A stretch of 64,000 nucleotides of DNA from the human T2T-CHM13v2.0 reference genome, Homo sapiens. A program made the translations under genes and the position numbers. A model generated the notes under the pieces. It worked only from the letters and a program-made list of their open reading frames with translations, did not search any database and was not told where the DNA came from. Location of the stretch: the NCBI RefSeq assembly GCF_009914755.1, contig NC_060940.1. One strand, written 5' to 3'. Below, one piece after another: positions 53,609-64,000 of this stretch (within the stretch, counting starts at the first letter, position 1; each line of letters begins with the position of its first letter).

Positions 53609-54173
53609 CTGCAAAAAAGATATATATATATATGAATTAGCAGGCATTTTATATTACTTTTGATATCTATGCTTAGGAAAAAATATTCTTCTACTCTTTT
53701 CTAGATTTATCTCTGATTTATTCTAACTATTATCATTAATGAGATACTATAAATCTAGTTCAAATGAACATCAAGCTTGCAAAGACAAAATATTGGGAGA
53801 ATACATTCTACAGTGAAGACTAGCATTACAATAACCTCCTTTTGAGGTATGCATCTAAATATTTGCTAGCTGAGTCTTTGTCTTTACACAATTTAGTGCT
53901 AGAGAGGTTGACAATTAACAAGGTTTTGGTGTAAAGAAGGCCACATATGCAAAACTTCCTGGTTCTAAAATGTACATGCTTATATACAAGCTTTGTGCAT
54001 GGTACTCCCTCTGTAAATATTTATTGACTTAATGAATATAATGTATCGCGATTACTGTTTACATTCCCAAATGGTGCAGAAAACATGACTGAAATTTGGC
54101 TCCATGAACAAAGTTGCCTATTTAGGTATAACTAATTGGCTTTTCAGATAAGGCTTGATGATTTGTGACTAGG

Positions 54174-54650
54174 TATGGTAGACTGACTCTCGAACCATAC
54201 TTCAACTTTTTTGTGCTTTCCTGTGCTAAGGAGACTAGAAACCAAAAATAGCATTTTCCAGATATTGTGGCATCTGAGATGCTGAATAAAAGTTAAGCCT
54301 TGCCAATCAGATACACTGTGAGTCTTAAAGGCATGAATGAGGTAAAGGCTGTTTCTCTGCTATTTCTATCTGTGTCTGCTCACTGAATTTGGGAGTATCA
54401 AGAGACCAGGTGCAGCATTCATTTTGCTAGTGAGAATCACTGCAGGCACAGCATCATTCTGGCAGCAGTTGTGTAACTAGCCACTTCTGATAGGGGAAAG
54501 AGGCAGTAGCTTTTTTGATGATATTGGGATTGCTCCTGAAAGCTCAACCTAGAGTTTATTCTTTAGCCATCTCAATGATTCTGTGAGCCACTAAAATCCT
54601 TTAATAAATCTCTGTCCTCTTTAAGCTAGTAAGAATGAAGTTTGTCAGTA
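54174..54650 (+). mobile_element. ERVL-type (LTR33-like) solo LTR remnant
   Basis: Divergent LTR-like sequence ending cctttaataaatctctgtcctctttaagctag. Confidence 0.4.
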
Positions 54651-54830
54651 GAAGTGATCCCTGCCCAGTTCAGGGTTGAAAAAGAAAAATCAGGAAATAA
54701 ACTTTGAAAAAAGGTTTTACAATTATTGACACCCAAGAACAGTATTTTTGAACTGATTTCAGAACAATATTTTGTTACATTTACCTTCATATTCAATGAT
54801 AAATATTAAAAATTTTTAAAACAAATTCAC

Positions 54831-54976
54831 CTAATGTTTGATTTTGTCCCCAGAAGATAACAGCTCCTAATTCACTCTTGGCATAATTTTTGGGAAGATA
54901 TGTCAGAAGGACATCCATTTGAGAATCTCCATCATAATCCCCAGGGACTACACTTGTTATCAATGCACTGTGATTC
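54831..54976 (-). CDS. ITFG1: ITFG1 exon 3 (146 nt)
   Basis: Acceptor cttttag|, donor |gtgaat. Encodes NHSALITSVVPGDYDGDSQMDVLLTYLPKNYAKSELGAVIFWGQNQTL with a DYDGD FG-GAP loop. Confidence 0.97.
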
Positions 54977-56252
54977 CTAAAAGAAACAAGCATTTACAAA
55001 TATCAGACAAGTTGTAATGGAAAAGGACAATTCTGTATTTCTACCACACAAAAATATTTTCAATGAAAAACTTAAAACTTAACAGAACTGACTGATTGCC
55101 TTCTCTTTCCTATCTTTTCATCCATCATGTATTTAGACCTCTTTGGTCTAAAAAAGAGTTCAGAATGAATGCAGAATAGTCTCAAGAAACAAGACAAATC
55201 TGAAATATGTCGAGAGAAAACGTGTTTATTATGTTCAAGCAATGGCTAGTATAGCCCTTCTATATAGTTCCTTTGTCAAGGACACCAAGACATTCGGATG
55301 GTGTTTCTAACAAATGGAGGCTCATAATTGCCAAAGCAGTAAGCATTATCACTGGGATGTTTTCAATTAAAAGATATTATTTATAAAATATTTAGTTTGG
55401 ATTTTAACATAAATTCAAAATTTACAGTAAAAATTAAAAGAATCATTTTATTTCTGAAAGCTAGTAAATTAAGAATGGAATTTTTTTTAACGAAACTTGG
55501 CAATCAATATAGCATCCAAACATATATATCTAACTTTATATGTATATTTTTATTTTTTCCTTTTCATAGGTATTGATATATTTTTATTAACAAAATAATT
55601 CTAAAATTATTTATATGAATCTTGAAAGCTTAACGTCCTGCAGTCTTATTATCTGAGCGACCCAAGCAAAAATTAGGCCTTTAATTCATTTTATACTTAA
55701 TTCTACTCAGATGAAATAGCAAGACAGCAAATTTCCAATTAGACTATAGATAATTACTTTCTTAATGCATCAGTGGTAGTTCTTTCTCCCTCTCACTCAG
55801 CAAGGTAAGAACCAAGTGGTGTATTTCTGGAAAGTCTCAGGAATTAAGGATTTAAATTACAGTAATGGGTAAGGTTTTGGCCTTAAGCTAGACACAGGAG
55901 TTAACCAAAAGTCTACAAAAGGAACAATTTAACCCTTGCCCACAGCTCTACCCTATTTCTAGAATGTTAGTCTGTCAAGAACATACATGCAGGGCAAAAG
56001 ATAGTAGACTAGTCCCACTAGGCAATACATTTCCAATTATTTCTTTTGCACCTTACTTGAAAATGTGAGTAGACACCTGCCTTCTGAAGAAAACTTTGAC
56101 TATTAAAGAGAGCTAAAACAAATAGCAATAAGGAACCTGAAGAAAACAGAACTAATGCAACAAAAGAAAACTTCAAAATTACACTTAAGAGAAAAAAGTC
56201 TGTCTATAAAAAAAAAAACAAACCAACAACAGTATGCTAAAAGACAACATCA

Positions 56253-58239
<1,987 letters not shown>

Positions 58240-59920
58240 TTATGATTTAATTACACTGGGACAATGTAGATAAATTATGTTAGTTAAAAAACAAGAATTG
58301 AATATTTAAAAATGATAATTCAAGAAAATTAGTGTAAAATTTTATTTTAAAATATGGTAATAAACACTAGAAGAATCAGCTACAGGTTTTAAAAGTGGTT
58401 GCATCTGAGAGAGAAACAGGGGTGTGGGGGAGAATAAGGGTGAAGAATAGTTATTTTTACTTTGAAAAATATTTTAAATTATAACACAAACAAGAGTTTC
58501 TAAATTTTGAAAGTGCATTGCATTAATAAAAAAATTAATTGGGATATTTGTTTTAACTTATCAGAACACATGCCATTTACATCTTTTAAATTTCCTTAAT
58601 TTCTAATAAAAAAAAAATCACCTCTATGCAGTTAGTTCACTTCTCATATACACTCAACTTCAGTTTCTTCCCCACTCCAAGCATGCTGACATTCACTACC
58701 CAAAAACACTTCTCAAGGGAAATAAGTTCCTGTTTATCCATTTATAACTTTCCCCTCAAAGTTCTAGTTCAAGGCCATTTTTCTTTTTAACATGAGTTTG
58801 AGTTTACTCAAAATACTGTAGAGTCTGAGAACTAATCAGCCCACACAGGGACTTTTTAAATACAGCTTCCTAAGTAGTCTTTAATCTTCTACAAACCAAT
58901 TCATTCTGCATATAGTTTACAAGTAAATCAATTTAAAATACTGTTTTCATCATCTCTCCTTTGCACAAGGACCTGATGATTCCCCTCTTCTAATGGGACA
59001 GCATTCAAACTCTTTTTTGTATCTGAAGGCTCCCAGTCTGCCCTTCTTATCTCATGTTCTTAGTCCTTAACTCCCCGAAGTGTACCTTCCACTTTTGTCA
59101 GGCAGATCTTTCTACCTCCTCTTCATAACATGCTGTTCTTACTTTTATCTCTTATAAATGCTCTGTCCCCAAAATTGAACTTCCAAGTTGAACGTCTTCA
59201 CCTAACTTTTTATTTATACTAAGGTCAAGCTCAAGTTCCATGACTCTGGAAGCTGCCCCTTTGGCCTGCACTGACCCATCTCTTCTTGCTTGAATTCAGA
59301 CAGCCACGAATGCTTGCTTCAAATGAATGTAGTTTCAAAACTGTGTTGGGTCACTATCATGGAGGTAGAGGTGTGGGAGTGGTCATTGTTTCATGCAATG
59401 CCAACCACAGAAAAGAAAAATAACTATTACTTGAACATTTTAAAAATTCAGATAATTAAACTTGAATTCCTTCCAAGTCAACCTTAAAAACTCACCATCA
59501 GTCAATTAAACAAAAAAATTAGAACACTGACTTTTTCCCCACTGCAAAATAGGCCCCTCTTCCACAAAACACAACACATGGCTAATACAATGAGACTACT
59601 GTGAGTGACTGCTGCCTCAAGATGAGGCACAGAACGAGACACATTCAAGAAGGGATACGAGGGATACGAGATTGCAAGGAAATAAAGGGTGTTTATATAG
59701 AAACAAACCTGGATCCACTCAAATTTATTTCTTTAAAGTCATTTTTAAACTTTGGTATTTTCACTATTTTTCCAAAAAATCACTTGCTACTCATACCTCA
59801 CAAACAGTGGTTTTGCATCCCAACACTAAGGCTGACTTTAAAGACAACCAATCAGCTACTGCATATCCATTATTATATTAATGACTAAAGTTTTATCAAA
59901 ATAATCATATTTGTACTTAC

Positions 59921-59993
59921 TTGAAAGATACCTTTACTTTGGGTTTAAAATAGGGTGCATTCTGGTCTGCCAAAAAGACGATTAAGTCATTTC
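59921..59993 (-). CDS. ITFG1: ITFG1 exon 2 (73 nt)
   Basis: Acceptor tctttag|, donor |gtaagt. Encodes (R)NDLIVFLADQNAPYFKPKVKVSF(K) in frame with exon 1. Confidence 0.96.
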
Positions 59994-61655
59994 CTAAAGA
60001 AAACAAATATATGATATTAGAAAAATGTTTGTTGATAAGATATCTAATCAGTGGTTACAAGAAGGTTTCTGGGCACTGTTCTCAACAAGAAAACTTTTAT
60101 TCTACTCCAGTTCATCTGCCCTCTCAAGCATAGTCCCACTAGTCCAATGGAGATGCCTAACATTATATCACAAGTTCAATGTTCAAAGTAGCAGAGAAAT
60201 AGAAAGGATGAACATGGGAAAAAGCAGCTGATCAAGAGAAACTGAAGCCAGTGGATTCTGCGAGGAGTCAGATTGGTTGACTTAAAAGAACCATATAAAG
60301 ATGCCTTATAACTATACTACATGTCAAGACTTGTCTTCCCCGAATCTAGCAATGCTGTCCCTTGTAAGGCTGTTTGGTTCATTACACAGATGCATCACAC
60401 CAAGGATGCAGGGACTCCCATTGTAGATATCTGACAAAGACATAATTAAGCATGTGAGCACAAAATGCTGAATCCTCCAAGACCCTCCTCCTATGGGGCC
60501 ATCCTCCAGAGGGTGACACATTCTTGGAGCTCAATTAGCACTCATTGAGACAGACTTTTGGAATTGTTTAATCAAACACAGGCCATCTTTAAAGTCAAGG
60601 CTACTCTCTGTATCCAGTTTGGACACAGCAGCAACAGGTTTGGCAGTACACTGCAAAATGAGGAGTCAAAAAGATTGGGAAAATATTCAGGGTTTGTAAG
60701 AGGTTCCTGCATCCCCGCAAGGGCTCCAAGAAGTCTGGTTCAGGATCCTGTCAGGCAAGCTCTGAGTAGCTCTTCCTTCCTTCCTTCACAGCATTGATCT
60801 TTAAGCAGCACCTGCTTCTGTAGGTACTCAAGAACCCTAAGACCCCCTAATGCCCACTGTCAGCATCAAGATTTACAAAAAAGTTAGTTTAACGATTGTC
60901 AAAGCAAAGAATTTCCAAGAACAAGTTAGCAAAGAAAGTAGACATTTGGAACACTAAGGTGATGACCAAGATGAGGAAGGAGTACACGAAAGAACAGGCA
61001 GCTCAAGAGAGAAATTTCTGTAGTTTGAGACTGCTTTCCCAAGGAGGCATTGGGTTTATCAGTGGTCCCTGCAAAATGCTTGTGTGAGCTGTTTAGTGTT
61101 TAGGCCCTTGGAAGGGTACATTCGCTTCATAGAAAGTTGTGGCCTTGACAAAGAAAGGGGTGGGCGAATTAGGTAGGTGGGGAGGCAAGAAGAAGCCCCC
61201 TATGAGAAGAGATTGTCAGGTTGCACCTTTTCATGTTCATCAACGGGGAAGGAAGACTGAAGCAAAATAGAAAGGAATGAGTGGGCCTTGGGAGCGAACG
61301 TTGAGGCAAGCTACAAAGATTCCTAGGAATCAGGAAGCACTTTGGAAAACAGGTGATTCCATGGGGAGGAGGGGGTAAGGTGACTGGGTGAGGGCCGCAG
61401 ACTTCTTAGGAACAAAACTGAGGTGCTGTCAGGGCTTTTGAGGGTAGGTCAAACTGTAGGGTAGCTGGGTCAGAACCTGGGGTTGGAAAGGGTGGTGCAA
61501 AAGGACAAGCTGTTAAGAATGCTAAAGGGAAGGCCACAGGGCTGGGAGAGAAGGACCAGGAAATGCAGAAGGACCGGCCATTGGGCAATGGGTTTGGGGA
61601 ACACCGGGAGAGGCACACGGACAGCGAACAGAGGGAGGGCCCGGCAAGCACTGAC

Positions 61656-61863
61656 TTTCCCGCAGCACGAAGAGATCCGTCTGCTTGTCGGAGTTGAGGT
61701 CCCCGAAAGCCGCAAGGGTGCCCCAGGCCTCGGCCCCAAAGAGCTCGGCCGTGACGTTGTGCAGCGCCCGCGCTGGGACCGGCCCGACTCCCAGTAGTGC
61801 AAGCCCTGCGAGGAGCGGCGAGAAGAGGGCCCAGGAGCTCGGGAGCCGGCCCGCCGCCGCCAT
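61656..61863 (-). CDS. ITFG1: ITFG1 coding exon 1 (208 nt coding; signal peptide and first FG-GAP/calcium-blade loop)
   Basis: ATG at 61863 in gctgccATGG. Translates MAAAGRLPSSWALFSPLLAGLALLGVGPVPARALHNVTAELFGAEAWGTLAAFGDLNSDKQTDLFVLRE, the recognised ITFG1 N-terminus. Donor GAAA|gtcagt at 61655, phase 1. Confidence 0.97.
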
Positions 61864-62168
61864 GGCAGCCCCTCAGCCCCCGCCCGCCGGCCCAACGCCG
61901 CGCTTGACGACAGCCGCAAAGCACCGCGTTACCGGCCGAGAGAGTGGCGCGCAGCCCCGGGACGCGTAAGAGCCGCTGCCGGCTCCTTTTTCTCTCTCCC
62001 ACTAGGGCTGCCCTTCCGACGCTAAAAAAGCAGTGGAGCTAGGGTGAAAGCCGCCCTCACGCTCACTTCCGGCAGGCGCGCCTCCCGACAGTGTCGTGCG
62101 GGGGGCGTGGCCCGGCATTGCTGACAGGCGGCCCCGGGGGCGGTGGCCAAGGCGGCGACCGGAGCGCG

Positions 62169-62244
62169 ATGGCGGGGGCGGCGGGACTCACGGCAGAAGT
62201 GAGCTGGAAGGTCTTGGAGCGAAGAGCTCGGACCAAGCGCTCAG
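62169..62244 (+). CDS. PHKB: PHKB coding exon 1 (76 nt), phosphorylase b kinase regulatory subunit beta
   Basis: ATG at 62169 gives [25 protein letters not shown](G), the recognised PHKB N-terminus with the basic RTKRS phosphorylation motif. Donor CAG|gtttgg at 62245. Confidence 0.95.
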
Positions 62245-63169
62245 GTTTGGCTGGCTGGGGCGCCGCCCCCCACCCGAGTACCTTGGGTGGTGCTTCGCCT
62301 CAAGCGCCTTGGCGGGAGGCAGGTGGGGGCCCTGGGAATGAACCTGTGCCCCGAGTTCCTCCTTAGAAAGCAGGTGGCGGCCCTGGCCTTGTTTCTAATA
62401 TCTTCCTCCACCTCTAAAAATTAGGTGGCAGAGCCAGCTCCACTCTGCGTGTGCCCCCGACTCTATTCCGCTTGTGAGCCCCACTCGGAAAGTAGGCAGC
62501 GGTCCGGACTTCCCTTAGAGTCTTCTAACTTAAAAATCGGGCGGCGGCACATTCCTGGGAAAGGGAATGTGTCTTCCCTGTGAATGTGTCTTTCCTGTGA
62601 ATGTTCTCTGCAAAAGTCAGATAGCTTAATCAGACCAAGTCAGATGTAACTACGATCTGGCTGCAGAAAGCCGGCGTCTGGGCTCCTTGCTTTATGTCTT
62701 ATATCCCTTTTACATTCCCCACAGGTTCTAAGCAGTAGACCTGTCATCTATCTAGCAGAAACTGAAGGAGACTGGGCCTCAGATATTGAAGAGTATAGTT
62801 AGGGCCCAGAAAGAAAAGGGCTTCTTAAGTGGCCCCAGGTTGTGTGGTTTCCAAACCCGAAAGCATAGAGGTCAGAAGGTGCCTTGCAGGCAGTTTTAAC
62901 AGTTCCAAGTGTCCCGAACTGACTTGTTCAAATTGCAACGTCATGACTTGTGGCGTTATTAAAACTTCCTGTATTCCTGGTTGGCTGGATATAATCTTGA
63001 ACAAAAGGCATGCACTTAAACAGGAAAGGTGAAAGGCGGAATGCAGGTTTTCAGCTAAGGAGCTTCCCTTTTAAAGAATTGATGAAGTGTCATTATTGGG
63101 GGTGGGTGTGAAAGGTGTTAGCTAGGAAAATTAACTTTGCACTTGCATTGATATTAAGAAATTATTTTC

Positions 63170-63580
<411 letters not shown>

Positions 63581-64000
63581 CTAATTTCTGAAAATCTAAT
63601 TTCAGAAATCATACACCGAACACTCTGTTTTTTTATACCTTACAAAAAGTTCAGCTTTATATACTTAGGGTTATAGTAAAATTACCATCTATGAAGTATG
63701 AGATAATTTTTTCAAAAAGTAGTCCTTAGTACTACTAAGAATCAATAAAGTGACTTGGAATAGTCACATGTATTTGTTTCACACTTTTTCTTAAATTGTT
63801 TTTGTGTGATATAGAAATACTGAGTTGGCTACTAACGATGTGGCTATCTGGATATAAAAAGTGTTATTGGATTGGTTATGTCTGAACAAAGAGAATAACT
63901 GGAGTTTTCTTACAGGGACCTGAGTACTGCCCCCAACATATATTTTTGCAACATTTCTCTTTAACTTTCATAAGCTCATAGAGTTGATTTTCTTCGTCAG

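Larger units (their letters stand above)
61600..62400. promoter_or_regulatory. CpG island / bidirectional promoter shared by ITFG1 and PHKB
   Basis: GC- and CpG-rich, with divergent ATGs at 61863(-) and 62169(+). ETS/GABPA motif CACTTCCGG at 62064-62072, SP/KLF box GGGGCGTGGC at 62102-62111, no TATA box seen. Confidence 0.9.

Noticed and set aside
61406-62002. 198-aa and 149-aa alternative-frame ORFs over ITFG1 exon 1
   Set aside because: Non-ATG starts, CpG-island composition, and they run through the splice donor into the intron.

Overview
Primate genomic DNA, almost certainly human. It holds the 5' part of ITFG1 (LINKIN/TIP) on the minus strand and the first coding exon of PHKB (phosphorylase kinase beta) on the plus strand; from recalled knowledge the locus is 16q12.1. 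ITFG1 coding exons 1-6 (61863 down to 29628) join in frame through GT-AG sites. The two genes sit head-to-head on a CpG-island bidirectional promoter with 305 bp between start codons. The rest is intronic and dominated by retroelements: one full-length dead L1PA (38526-44732, +), one L1PA with both ends but two internal deletions (22513-26410, -), an older 5'UTR+ORF1-only L1, older L1M/L2/MIR remnants, about 25 Alus, MaLR solo LTRs, MER1 DNA transposons and a 3'-truncated 5S rRNA retrocopy. No prokaryote-type system, CRISPR array or new stand-alone protein-coding gene is supported. The best leads are: (1) an L1 antisense promoter/ORF0 splice donor in phase with ITFG1 exon 6; (2) phase-symmetric exon blocks that would give stop-free circRNAs; (3) two inverted L1s bracketing exon 6; (4) atypical TPRT products, namely a solo poly(A) that duplicated an AP-1 site, a tailless 5S copy whose TSD supplies a T5 terminator, a tailless Alu and a mini-Alu. 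Repeat subfamily names are by eye and boundaries of old repeats are approximate.
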